Shown here one piece after another: positions 54,781 through 64,000 of a stretch of DNA of 64,000 nucleotides; the first letter of the stretch is position 1; each line of letters opens with the position of its first letter. The notes below the pieces were generated by a model. That model saw only the letters and a list, made by a program, of their open reading frames with translations, did no database searches and was not told where the DNA came from. The position numbers and the translations under genes were made by a program. The stretch lies in IMG/VR virus record IMGVR_UViG_3300050821_002544; one strand, 5' to 3'. This stretch comes from a virus (Duplodnaviria > Heunggongvirae > Uroviricota > Caudoviricetes).

Positions 54781-54944
54781 TAATCAGAATGTAATCGTCT
54801 GAACATATAGGATTGAGTATACTGTCCACAATGACAACATCTTACTTCTGGAGGCATTGCATTGATCGGAGGAATCTGATGATTACAACATACAGCATCC
54901 TTCTTTACAGGACACCTATGATCGTTATTGAATTTATCAGTCAT
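54756..54944 (-). CDS. Cys-rich protein (62 aa)
   Basis: CPVKKDAVCCNH...CCHCGQ. Confidence 0.35.
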   Translation of the reverse strand: MTDKFNNDHRCPVKKDAVCCNHQIPPINAMPPEVRCCHCGQYTQSYMFRRLHSDYCGPFANT

Positions 54945-55234
54945 TAGCCATATTTCCTTGCAAAATCTTTATCTGATGTGCAGAGATACACAATAGCTTC
55001 TATAAATGCAATAAATGCCGGGATAAGTGTCCAACAAAATAGAAGATACACAATTCCCTGTCCAATACGTCCCAAATAAAATTTATGTATACCTATGCCG
55101 CCTAAGAATAATGCAAGCATCGCAGCTAATATTCTATTATGTGAGGGTGCAAATTGCACACCTTGAAATCCACATTGAGTACATGCTTTAGCACTCTCAT
55201 GCAACATATGTCCACATGCATAACAATTAATCAT
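54944..55234 (-). CDS. Zinc-ribbon plus TM2-domain membrane protein
   Basis: CYACG...CTQCG, then AAMLALFLGGIGIHKFYLGRIGQGIVYLLF, a TM2-domain-like pair of helices. Confidence 0.5.
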   Translation of the reverse strand: MINCYACGHMLHESAKACTQCGFQGVQFAPSHNRILAAMLALFLGGIGIHKFYLGRIGQGIVYLLFCWTLIPAFIAFIEAIVYLCTSDKDFARKYG

Positions 55235-55235
55235 T

Positions 55236-55511
55236 TCAACATTCCTTCATATAATTGAGCTTTGCGCTCGGATTCAATTCTGACAATTCTTTGGCTAACC
55301 TCATGGCATTAGCAGATTCTTTAAATGATTCATAGATCACTCCATCTAAGAATACTCCCCACATCAGACATTTAGGCTTAAACCTGAATACCGGCAGGAC
55401 TGTAATGTATTTCATATTTTGGACATGGCTACTGCAAATAAGAAGAATATTTAATAAAATCCACATCAAAGCCGACACACCGAGTGTAAAGGAAACTTTC
55501 CTTAATGTCAA
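55236..55511 (-). CDS. Hypothetical protein with N-terminal TM helix (91 aa)
   Basis: Small ORF. Confidence 0.35.
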   Translation of the reverse strand: MTLRKVSFTLGVSALMWILLNILLICSSHVQNMKYITVLPVFRFKPKCLMWGVFLDGVIYESFKESANAMRLAKELSELNPSAKLNYMKEC

Positions 55512-55638
55512 GTATTCTGTTGCATTGCAGCAAATATATCATCTATTCGTGATAGAATCTCTTTACGCTTTTCTTTTTCTTTTTTGAATATCCCATCAAA
55601 TTGTGCATGACCACTAGTTGCAGATGGCTTGGATGTCA

Positions 55639-56247
55639 TCAATAAAAGATTATGAATAAAGAGCGAACGTAATCCTTTTTAATATGCACATTGTTGATCC
55701 ATTCTTCACCATAATGAATTAGTAGTTCTTCATCAATTGGTATCCAATTGGATTTATGGAATATCATCATCATACACCAACCATAAGGTAAATCATCTTT
55801 TTCACACAATTTGTCTAATTTAGGAAGGGCATCAAAATATATTAATTTTATATCTTTTGCAGGTATTATTTTAAGAGTTTCTGCTGCTTGTGTCATAATA
55901 TTTAAAGGATTAATACCTATCAGTCCTGTTTGTGGTGTAATATAATCATGAATAATTGTTAAGACTGTTGGATCGAATAGTATATCATCTTGCAATAGCA
56001 CAATATGATCGAAATGTGAATGTTTTACACCAATATTAAATGCAGGATTCACATATATGTTCTGTCGTGGTGTATACATCTTAACTTTCTTTAAGAATTG
56101 AGATGTATTCATATACCAGCCAGGGGTTTTAGCCGCATCGTTATTGATTAAAAAAATCTCTCCCACCGATGGACAGATATCCAAAAGTGGAAGAGAATGT
56201 TGTAGCTCATTACTGCGCCACATTGTAGGTATGATTACTGTGTACAT
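55639..56247 (-). CDS. GT2-like glycosyltransferase, paralog B
   Basis: Paralog of 18003-18689 (VIIPTMWRS...FLINNDAAKT...LLQDDILFDP). Immediately upstream (in transcription) of nothing structural but adjacent to gp17. Confidence 0.55.
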   Translation of the reverse strand: MYTVIIPTMWRSNELQHSLPLLDICPSVGEIFLINNDAAKTPGWYMNTSQFLKKVKMYTPRQNIYVNPAFNIGVKHSHFDHIVLLQDDILFDPTVLTIIHDYITPQTGLIGINPLNIMTQAAETLKIIPAKDIKLIYFDALPKLDKLCEKDDLPYGWCMMMIFHKSNWIPIDEELLIHYGEEWINNVHIKKDYVRSLFIIFY

Positions 56248-56289
56248 AATATAAATGTGAATTAAATTTCTTTATTAATTATACCAGTA

Positions 56290-58002
56290 CTAGTAAAAAT
56301 ATCCATTTTTATCAGGATAACCACTCCACCTATCATCTATCATATCCTCATCTTTTTGTACAACAGTCCATATTTGATCGCCCATCTTGATTGTATTATC
56401 TAATGGATTTGCAGTTATGTGTAATGCCATTGGTGGCATCTGTTCTTCTATATCTGCCATCTGTTGGTCATATAGTTTCTTGCGCATATCCTGATCGATC
56501 AAGTCTTTGAACGATTGCTGTGTAGTCAACCATGCTGCCAATACTAGACACATTACTAAATCATCATTACAATCATCATCGGCAGCATATGTGCCATTGG
56601 TACGTATTACGAATGTGGTCAATTCACTGATTACTTCAAAGTCCTGAATAATCATCTGATTGCTCTCTATTAGAGTTTTCAGTGCATTACATCCCTGACG
56701 CTTTGTTTTCTTTGTAGTCTTCAAGCCAGGAGTCATTCCACCCTTGAATGTGAGTCCCTGATTACCTTTCACATCCTCGGTGTAGAATATATTAGGATAA
56801 TCTAGATCACTAGTCAATATTTGTAATACTAATGCACCAATATCGTTATTCTCTGCTAATATGAATGCAATATTGTAATACTTACCAATACCTGCAAGTA
56901 CATTAGGATATGCCTGTGCAGATATAGAATTATCTCTATACACAGCAACCAGCTTGTATGGCGATAATGATACATCAAATACACATGCAGCCGAATAATC
57001 TAATTCCTTGCCATGGCTACTATCTGCCAATACAATATATTGGTGTCCTTCTATTGGTTCCTCATAGATTTTCATCTTATTATCAAGGATTTCTTTCTGT
57101 GCATTGGTGAATACTAGATTGCGCAATGCAGCAGATGATATGAGTGTGCCTGCGCTTCCAAGGAATTCTACTTCTTGCTCCTGTAGGAACTTCTCTTCAC
57201 CCAATGTATTCTTCTGATCGTCTGCCCATTTCTTATTACGTCCTGGAACCTTATCCCATGTAATAGTCAATGGAATAAACTCAGACTTACCACTACCTTT
57301 TCTTGCATTCTCTGCATCCTGGAATAGCTTATAGAACATATTCATTCCACGTGGTGTAGAGCATATGATTAGCTTTGCAGTCTTACCAGATGACAATGTA
57401 GGATATACAGATGTGAAGAAGTCAATTGCAGTATGATTAGGAACGTGAGCAAACTCATCAAGGAATAGCAATGAGATTGTGAATCCTCTGATTGCATTAG
57501 AACTGGTTGCTGCCGATATGATACGAGACTTATTCTCTAATTCAAATGATCGTTTGTTCCACTCAATCACGCCTTGTTGTAACCATAGAGGAACATTCAT
57601 ATACATTTCTTGTACACGCGATAGAATTTCAGTAGCAATAGTTTCCTTATTTGCAAGGATAGCAAGAGTTTTAGTAGAATTAAACAATACAAACCATAAT
57701 AGATATGCAGCAGAGGTTGCAGTCTTTCCGCTCTGTCTAGCAGCACGCACAATCACACGTGTATTATTATGAAATGCACGTACCATCTTACGTTGATACT
57801 TGTATAGTTTAAATGGAATAACACCATGATCGATAGAAACAATGTTCACATAGTTTTCTATGAAATACATCGGATCATGCAGACACTTAGAATACTCTAC
57901 AATCTGATCCTTGGTCATATTGATAAGCTGACCAACTTTCTTCAATTTAGGATTACCGGCGAATGTTAACGGAGTATCCTCTGTATCCTGATCGTTAATC
58001 AT
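56290..58002 (-). CDS. 17: Terminase large subunit gp17
   Basis: Walker A VRAARQSGKTATSA. 570 aa. Overlaps the putative gp16 by 8 nt. Confidence 0.88.
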   Translation of the reverse strand: MINDQDTEDTPLTFAGNPKLKKVGQLINMTKDQIVEYSKCLHDPMYFIENYVNIVSIDHGVIPFKLYKYQRKMVRAFHNNTRVIVRAARQSGKTATSAAYLLWFVLFNSTKTLAILANKETIATEILSRVQEMYMNVPLWLQQGVIEWNKRSFELENKSRIISAATSSNAIRGFTISLLFLDEFAHVPNHTAIDFFTSVYPTLSSGKTAKLIICSTPRGMNMFYKLFQDAENARKGSGKSEFIPLTITWDKVPGRNKKWADDQKNTLGEEKFLQEQEVEFLGSAGTLISSAALRNLVFTNAQKEILDNKMKIYEEPIEGHQYIVLADSSHGKELDYSAACVFDVSLSPYKLVAVYRDNSISAQAYPNVLAGIGKYYNIAFILAENNDIGALVLQILTSDLDYPNIFYTEDVKGNQGLTFKGGMTPGLKTTKKTKRQGCNALKTLIESNQMIIQDFEVISELTTFVIRTNGTYAADDDCNDDLVMCLVLAAWLTTQQSFKDLIDQDMRKKLYDQQMADIEEQMPPMALHITANPLDNTIKMGDQIWTVVQKDEDMIDDRWSGYPDKNGYFY

Positions 58003-58465
58003 CTAATTCATCACTTTCGGTTGTTTGATTCTTTTGAGTAGATCGCATCATTTCTAATAATTGTGTCGTAGTCCCAGAAAATACTGCTTTATCAATATAC
58101 ACATTTCCCGTCATTTGTCCAGAAGAAACATTACCACTCAATTTCTGTTTATCTTGATGTATCTTTAATAGCTTATCCACATTATCTGATTGAATCTTGA
58201 GTAATTGTCCTAATACTTCGAATGCACGAGGATGCTGAGATTCTGTGGCAAGATTCAATGCCATATCTACTGCTTCTGATCCCTTTTGGATGATTTCAAT
58301 AGCATTGGTACGAGCATAATCCGCATCGGTCGCTATTTGGTTATTGGACGCAATAGGAGCCGGTATGAGAGGCTTTGATTCTCGTGGTGTTGGTAGGCTA
58401 GGGGTTGGCGCTCCCAAGGCTTCTGCAAGCGCTGCATCGGCATTAGATGATGTATACTTTTTCAT
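57995..58465 (-). CDS. 16: Putative terminase small subunit gp16
   Basis: 156 aa, immediately upstream of and overlapping gp17. Size and position match T4 gp16; no strong motif. Confidence 0.5.
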   Translation of the reverse strand: MKKYTSSNADAALAEALGAPTPSLPTPRESKPLIPAPIASNNQIATDADYARTNAIEIIQKGSEAVDMALNLATESQHPRAFEVLGQLLKIQSDNVDKLLKIHQDKQKLSGNVSSGQMTGNVYIDKAVFSGTTTQLLEMMRSTQKNQTTESDELDD

Positions 58466-58476
58466 AATAGTATTAT

Positions 58477-59226
58477 TTATCCACCAACGGTACCGTATAT
58501 GAATCCATCTAGCGATGCATACACTAGATTACCGGTTGCAATTGGGAAATCGGCAATGATTTGCATTGCACCATTGGCACAAACGTTCCAGGTTACATAT
58601 GCAGACGTATTCGTTCCAAGAATCGTATCATTTGCAGCAGGAGCAATGAAAAGAGATGCATTGGCAGGAGTAGGTAAACCATTAGCAATGTTCACATTCA
58701 AAGCAGAAGAAAAAGATAGATTTGCTGCTGGTTTCAATACGCCACGAATATGAACAATACCAAATGGGTCTTTCCAGAAGCTAGGTGGATTATAGTTAGT
58801 TAATGCTGCATATGAGGCATTGAGTGTAGCATTGGTCCATACAGGAATGAATGAAATACTATTTACTGTGATATTTGCACATGTGATATTTTTTGTAACA
58901 GATAGATTACCGGTAAATGTATTTTGTGTGACTAATAGATTTCCTGTATTTGCAATATTGGCAGTAACATTCAATGAACCGGCAATATTAACAGCACCAT
59001 TATGTGTGAATGTTGTAGTATTGACAACTACAGAAGTTTGCGCAATATTAAATATAATATTACCATTGGATGTAATACCAATAGCATTGGTTGTGATTAG
59101 GAATAGACCGGCATTAGTCTGTGCACCAAATGTATATGCAGGAGCAGTAACAGTTCCATTTGCTTCTAGTATTTGTCCTGTTACATTCAGTGTACCACCA
59201 ACATTGCTTGCTAATAAAATTGCCAT
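58477..59226 (-). CDS. Fibre-like structural protein (249 aa; Asn/Thr-rich, about 14 N-x-S/T sequons)
   Basis: Repetitive NVT/NIT/NLS composition typical of beta-helical fibres. Confidence 0.5.
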   Translation of the reverse strand: MAILLASNVGGTLNVTGQILEANGTVTAPAYTFGAQTNAGLFLITTNAIGITSNGNIIFNIAQTSVVVNTTTFTHNGAVNIAGSLNVTANIANTGNLLVTQNTFTGNLSVTKNITCANITVNSISFIPVWTNATLNASYAALTNYNPPSFWKDPFGIVHIRGVLKPAANLSFSSALNVNIANGLPTPANASLFIAPAANDTILGTNTSAYVTWNVCANGAMQIIADFPIATGNLVYASLDGFIYGTVGG

Positions 59227-59234
59227 AATATTCC

Positions 59235-60266
59235 TTAATAAGTAGTGATTACCACGATTAATCCACCACCGCCATTTCCACCATTACCACCTTGAGTAGC
59301 CGCAGACGCTCCACCACCACCACCGCCAGAACCTAATCCACCCTGACCACCGTTTCCACCATTACCGGTAAAGTTTCCACCACCACCACCAGCAGAAGAA
59401 CCAACATCATAGAATGATGAATTAGCACCATTACTACCAGGATTTGCACCTAAACCACCGCCACCAGGAGTTGTAAGACAAGTATATGTTGCGCAACCAG
59501 GACCACCGGCAAAACCAGCAGTTGCACTGACCGCACCACCCGCGCCGCCACCGACTCCACCACCACTACCTATATTACCGCTACCTGTTCCACCTGCGCC
59601 GGTACCATTAGGACAGCCTCCACCACCAGAACCTGCATTTGGTCCATTGGCATTATTACCGTTACCACCAGTACCACCGGCACCCGCGCCATTACCGCCT
59701 ACAATTCCACCTGTAGCACTGCCATTACCACCATTGACACCATATGCTGCACCCGCGCCGCCACCAGAAGTAGTATTAGAACCACCACCACCACCTGCAC
59801 CACCAGCATTTGCAGTTACCCATGGAGTAGTTCCGAATGTTGATATGGTTCCTGGACTACCAGATGTTCCTGCTCCAGTACCGGCACTTCTACCTGCTCC
59901 ACCGGCACCACCAATACCAACATTAGCATTTTCTGTTGCATTCAATGTTGCAGTAGGAATCTGAACATCTTTCTTAAATCCACCACCACCGCCACCGCCA
60001 CCAGAAGCAGTAGTACCTGATGCCACGTTGGCACCACCACCACCACCACCACCAGCACCAATAATAATAATTCTTGTAGAAACAGGACTGCCAGGAGGCT
60101 TAGTCCATACACCATTGGATGTGAATATTTGCACATTTGCAATCGGGTTGACAGTTAATAAAGTCGTAGCAATAAGAGTATTGGTAACATTAAGATTTGC
60201 TGTTATTAATGTATTTCCTCCTACTGTTAGTGGACCACCTATTTCTAATTGTGTTGGTTGTGTCAT
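59235..60266 (-). CDS. Glycine-rich structural protein (343 aa)
   Basis: Long poly-Gly/GGxG tracts (IIIGAGGGGGGGANVASG...). N-terminal fibre-like region. Confidence 0.5.
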   Translation of the reverse strand: MTQPTQLEIGGPLTVGGNTLITANLNVTNTLIATTLLTVNPIANVQIFTSNGVWTKPPGSPVSTRIIIIGAGGGGGGGANVASGTTASGGGGGGGGFKKDVQIPTATLNATENANVGIGGAGGAGRSAGTGAGTSGSPGTISTFGTTPWVTANAGGAGGGGGSNTTSGGGAGAAYGVNGGNGSATGGIVGGNGAGAGGTGGNGNNANGPNAGSGGGGCPNGTGAGGTGSGNIGSGGGVGGGAGGAVSATAGFAGGPGCATYTCLTTPGGGGLGANPGSNGANSSFYDVGSSAGGGGGNFTGNGGNGGQGGLGSGGGGGGASAATQGGNGGNGGGGLIVVITTY

Positions 60267-61189
60267 TATTGGATACTCCCTTGTTCGTTAAATTGTGCAG
60301 CGTATATATTGTTACTACTATCTATTCGTGCTGTTGCACCTATACTAGATGTTTCTATAAAAGAATTAGCATACCATACGCCAGATGATATTGCATTTGC
60401 TTTGACACTCGCTATTTCAATCATACCCAAAGTCATGAATGTACCATTTGCATTTATTCTACCGATAATCAGTGGAGTATTGGAAGATGGTATACCTTGT
60501 ACTATTACAGAAACTACAGCAATATCTGCCGCCGCGCTGCCTTGTTGATTCCAACGTGCTGTATAGGTTCCGGCAGTAGTAATAGTCTGCGATGCAAATG
60601 CCGCTAGATTACCACCAGAACCAAAATTCCAACATGCCGCAATATTAACTAATGGAGAAACAGGAGTTGGTTGATCTGTCTCTACCGAACCAGATGTATT
60701 CAATGCTAGAGAATACATAATGCATGGTAGGTTAGCAGTAACAACTACAATAGGACCAGAATTAATATTATTAGAACCAGATGCTAATCCATTCTGTGTA
60801 TTACCAGAGAAACCTACTAATGAAGTTCCATTGGCATTACCCACATCTATAATTAAACATGCCTGAAAATCTTCTACGTCACCACCGATGGTAAATTGAC
60901 ATATTACATTAGTAGTACCGCCAGGACTATTATTAGATAACCCTGCATATAGAGTCGCAGCACCACCCGAAGGATTAGTATTCTGTTCTGCACTCAATTG
61001 ATAATTATTTGCCTTGTTATCATTAATAATTACATCTGCATGTATACCAGCAGCATCAGATAATGTTGCAAATGCAATAATAGTATTTCCAACACCTACT
61101 GTATTGACAAATGTTGCCTGAGTATTATGTGCCTGAACGGCACCAGGACCATTCTGAATAACATATTGAGCAGTAATAGGATTTGCCAT
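60266..61189 (-). CDS. Fibre/receptor-binding-like structural protein (307 aa)
   Basis: Asn/Gly/Ser/Thr-rich composition, in the fibre gene array. Confidence 0.45.
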   Translation of the reverse strand: MANPITAQYVIQNGPGAVQAHNTQATFVNTVGVGNTIIAFATLSDAAGIHADVIINDNKANNYQLSAEQNTNPSGGAATLYAGLSNNSPGGTTNVICQFTIGGDVEDFQACLIIDVGNANGTSLVGFSGNTQNGLASGSNNINSGPIVVVTANLPCIMYSLALNTSGSVETDQPTPVSPLVNIAACWNFGSGGNLAAFASQTITTAGTYTARWNQQGSAAADIAVVSVIVQGIPSSNTPLIIGRINANGTFMTLGMIEIASVKANAISSGVWYANSFIETSSIGATARIDSSNNIYAAQFNEQGSIQ

Positions 61190-61190
61190 A

Positions 61191-62471
61191 TTAGTTCGCG
61201 TATACCATAAAATCTAATGCAGTTGCAGTAGCATTATATGATATTGAAAATCTTGAATTAGAATTAGAGTTTGCCTGACCACCACCGAATAGTAATTGAT
61301 TACCATTTGCCACACGCACATTAGAATCAATACTAGTCAAATTAGCGGCAGTATTGAATGATAGATTAGTGGCACCACCAAATGCACCGTTGTTGTTATA
61401 TTGAATCTGACCATTGGCACCGCCAGGTGTGCCGCCTCCACCAGCAGGAACCTGAGTATCAAAGGTAATCGTTGTATTGCCTGGAGTTGTATTAGTTGAA
61501 CCAACAATAGAAAGATTGGATGTATTGGCAGACACAATATTTACATTCTGTGAATTACCTATAGCACTGCCATTCACAAATATATTGACATTATATGCTG
61601 CCGTAGCAGTAGTATTCATAGTGGCAAATGTGGAATTTACAGTACCAAATGTAGTATTAGTAGTACCAAATGTGGTATTAATAGTACCAAAGTTGGCATT
61701 CATTGTACCTAATGATGTATTAATAGCAGGGATACCTAATGCTGTTCCATTGGCATTCCATGAAACATTGGATTGTGTTGTACCATTGGCAACAACAGAT
61801 ACATTCATAGTTGCTGTATTGTTCCAGTTTATATTACTAGATGCTAATACTATTGTTCCATTGGCATAAGTAGATACTTGAGTCGATGCTAGATTAGCAA
61901 CTGCATAGGCAAGATTGGCTTGTGTATAGGCAGCATTAGCCTGACCATATGCAGTTGCTAATCCTGTTCCACCAATAACATTTCTAATTTCAACAAGATC
62001 ATTTAGATTGCTATTTGCTGTCAACGTGACAGTTACATTACCACTGATATTATAATCTACTATTGGTTCTTGAACAGCACCGTTAATAATAACAAATACA
62101 TTATTTGGATCAGAAATATTTGATGTTGCTGTAAATATAGATTGATTTACAGTAGCAGTAAATCTGTCACTCAATAGGGTTGTAGGCGTTCCATTTGGTC
62201 CAGGAGTAGGTGGAGTACGCATATCGATAGTAATGGTCACATTACCAGGATTTGTATTTGATGTTCCTGTAATGCTAATATTGGATGTATTGCCAGATAC
62301 AAAGTTAATATTAGGTGAATTAGCAACAATTGTGCCTGCTACAAATACACCACCATTAGCTAATAATGATACTGCATTGACATTAGTCAGGTTTCTATTA
62401 GAATCAATAATAATAGTATTAGCAATATCAATGCCATTCTTGACAGAGAATGTCTTATTTGTTGTACCCAC
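61191..62471 (-). CDS. Fibre-like structural protein with internal duplication (426 aa)
   Basis: Internal repeat NINFVSGNTSNISITGTSNTNPGNVTITID vs NVNIVSANTSNLSIVGSTNTTPGNTTITFD. Shares a segment with the next ORF. Confidence 0.5.
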   Translation of the reverse strand: MGTTNKTFSVKNGIDIANTIIIDSNRNLTNVNAVSLLANGGVFVAGTIVANSPNINFVSGNTSNISITGTSNTNPGNVTITIDMRTPPTPGPNGTPTTLLSDRFTATVNQSIFTATSNISDPNNVFVIINGAVQEPIVDYNISGNVTVTLTANSNLNDLVEIRNVIGGTGLATAYGQANAAYTQANLAYAVANLASTQVSTYANGTIVLASSNINWNNTATMNVSVVANGTTQSNVSWNANGTALGIPAINTSLGTMNANFGTINTTFGTTNTTFGTVNSTFATMNTTATAAYNVNIFVNGSAIGNSQNVNIVSANTSNLSIVGSTNTTPGNTTITFDTQVPAGGGGTPGGANGQIQYNNNGAFGGATNLSFNTAANLTSIDSNVRVANGNQLLFGGGQANSNSNSRFSISYNATATALDFMVYAN

Positions 62472-62509
62472 GGTTCACTTATCCCCGATAGTCTATTTGA
62501 ATATTTAGG

Positions 62510-64000
62510 TTAGATATTCAATGAGTATCTTGTAGTGTTAATTACTGTGGATGTTGCATTGTTTGCAGTAAACAATAACTGTACATTACCGGCAGCAATT
62601 GCTGCCGTCAAAGATCCAACAGGACCATTAGTTAGAATAGTAGAATATTCATCCAAGTATACATTTGTACCATCATTGACAACCAATATTTTCGTAATAT
62701 AGAATGATGATTTACAATTTGCCTGAATTAGATATTCGGCAGTACCGAATGCAGTAGCAGAGAAATTATCTAACGCAGTCTGAGATACTGTAGCAACTGT
62801 CTGTTGTACTGTATTGATAGAAAACACACCAACATTAATAGCACCGCTAACACCAACATTACCGGTAAATATATTACCAAATACACCATTTTGAGAAACG
62901 AGAATATTACCGGTATTAGAAATATTACCAGATACATTCAGACTCGTTAGATTCAATGTTGCATTGACAGTAGGTGTAACATTAACACCATTAGTACCAT
63001 TTGCTGTGACTGTGATAACTATAGATGCACTGTTTAGGAATACTAAGTTAGGTGTGGCAGCAAGAACCGATCCAGCATTAGAATAAACATTGACAGAACT
63101 TCCGGAAGGTAATGCTGCCGTGTTTACAACAAAAGATACATTGGTCTGATTTGTACCATTTGCTGATGCAGTCACATTGACTGTTGAAGTATTATTAAAG
63201 TTTAAATTACCAGCAGCAAGTGTAAGTGTTCCATTGGCAAATACAGCAACCGTATTGGCAGCAGCATTTGCAGCAGCATAAGAAGATCCGATCCATGATG
63301 CTACATTAATAGCACCTAGAGTAATTTGCTGAGCGATGACATTCGCATTAAGTGTCGCAACGTTTGTCTGTGCTGTATTAATGGTTGCGGGATATGCATT
63401 CATTAGTGCATAGCCTTCGAACAAATGCCATGTTTCGTCAGCAGCATGACGGATCAAACCGGAGTACACATTTGCCTGTGCAGTATTCTTAGAAAGTGTT
63501 GCAAAACCAGAATCGATAGAATCTGCAAAATTATTGGATGCAAGCATGATGTACTGATCGTTAGTTTGTACAGAAGATGCATTCAATGTAATAGTAGTAC
63601 CATTGACAATCAGATTACCGGCAACGGTTAACTGTCCATTAATCTGACCAGCAGCAGCAGTTAATAGAGTTGTTGCAGTTAGATTGGCAGCAGAGATATT
63701 TCCACCAGTAGTATTCTGAGTAATTGTTAGATTACCGACTGCAATATTACTTGCAACATTCAATGTTGTAACATTAGCTAATGTAGATACAGATAGATTA
63801 CCAGTAGAAGTATTCTGAGTAACCGCAAGATTACCTGTGCTGGTATTCTGAGTAGATGTAATAGCACCTGTTGTAAACGTAACAGCATTCAAAGATGCAA
63901 TATTAGCTAATGTAGATACAGATAAATTACCGGTAATAGTATTCTGAGTAACTGCAAGATTACCGGTAAAGCTATTTTGTGTGACTAGTAAATTACCTGC
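62510..64000 (-). CDS. Large fibre-like structural protein, N-terminally truncated by the window end
   Basis: The reading frame stays open upstream of the ORF-track start (that start is TTG) to position 64000. Repeated TGNLAVTQNTxTGNLSVSTLAN units. Confidence 0.5.
   Translation of the reverse strand, partial: AGNLLVTQNSFTGNLAVTQNTITGNLSVSTLANIASLNAVTFTTGAITSTQNTSTGNLAVTQNTSTGNLSVSTLANVTTLNVASNIAVGNLTITQNTTGGNISAANLTATTLLTAAAGQINGQLTVAGNLIVNGTTITLNASSVQTNDQYIMLASNNFADSIDSGFATLSKNTAQANVYSGLIRHAADETWHLFEGYALMNAYPATINTAQTNVATLNANVIAQQITLGAINVASWIGSSYAAANAAANTVAVFANGTLTLAAGNLNFNNTSTVNVTASANGTNQTNVSFVVNTAALPSGSSVNVYSNAGSVLAATPNLVFLNSASIVITVTANGTNGVNVTPTVNATLNLTSLNVSGNISNTGNILVSQNGVFGNIFTGNVGVSGAINVGVFSINTVQQTVATVSQTALDNFSATAFGTAEYLIQANCKSSFYITKILVVNDGTNVYLDEYSTILTNGPVGSLTAAIAAGNVQLLFTANNATSTVINTTRYSLNI

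Noticed and set aside
59647-60548. Pro/Ala-rich and Leu/Val-rich plus-strand ORFs (59647-59964, 60028-60291, 59942-60142(-), 60249-60548)
   Set aside because: They are antisense or alternative-frame products of the GC-rich glycine-rich gene (GGN codons read as CCN/Pro on the other strand).

Overview
This window is a contiguous piece of a T4-like (Tevenvirinae-style) marine myovirus genome, about 35% GC and most consistent with cyanophage or pelagiphage gene order. Nearly every gene is on the minus strand. Three parts are clear.

1. Replication/recombination module (1-17,000): regA (partial), gp62, gp44, gp45, dNMP kinase, gp46/gp47, endonuclease VII-like, gp55, UvsW and UvsY. It also carries the known marine-phage auxiliary genes cobS/cobT-like and peptide deformylase.
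2. Virion module (17,000-30,400): gp3-like, gp23, gp22, gp21, gp20, gp19 and gp18, with T4-type late promoters (TATAAATA / CTAAATAG) and rho-independent terminators.
3. Hyperplastic accessory region (about 30,500-55,600) between gp18 and gp16/gp17, holding roughly 80 small ORFs. After it come terminase gp16/gp17 and several Asn/Thr/Ser-rich fibre-like proteins plus a Gly-rich protein; the last ORF runs off the window end.

The observations most worth follow-up:
- A repeated ~29-nt stem-loop element (at least 13 copies) sits in front of a highly conserved sigma70-like promoter, TTGCTa-N16-TATAATACTC. The ATG lies exactly 7-9 nt after the -10, which predicts leaderless early mRNAs. This is a PeSL-like mobile regulatory cassette.
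- A 670-bp ORF-free, GC-elevated, structured region lies next to the only plus-strand gene, a CBM-like beta-sandwich protein.
- Two adjacent histidine-rich proteins sit in the head-gene cluster.
- Three GT-A glycosyltransferases (two are paralogs) occur together with sequon-dense fibre proteins.
- An 805-aa HExxH-acidic-VWA protein pairs with a MoxR-like AAA+ ATPase.
- There is a GC-rich Ala/Lys histone-H1-like gene translationally coupled to a leaderless mini-ORF, a SpoT/Mesh1-like HD hydrolase, and three tandem zinc-ribbon paralogs sharing a C-terminal PW(K/Q)P motif.
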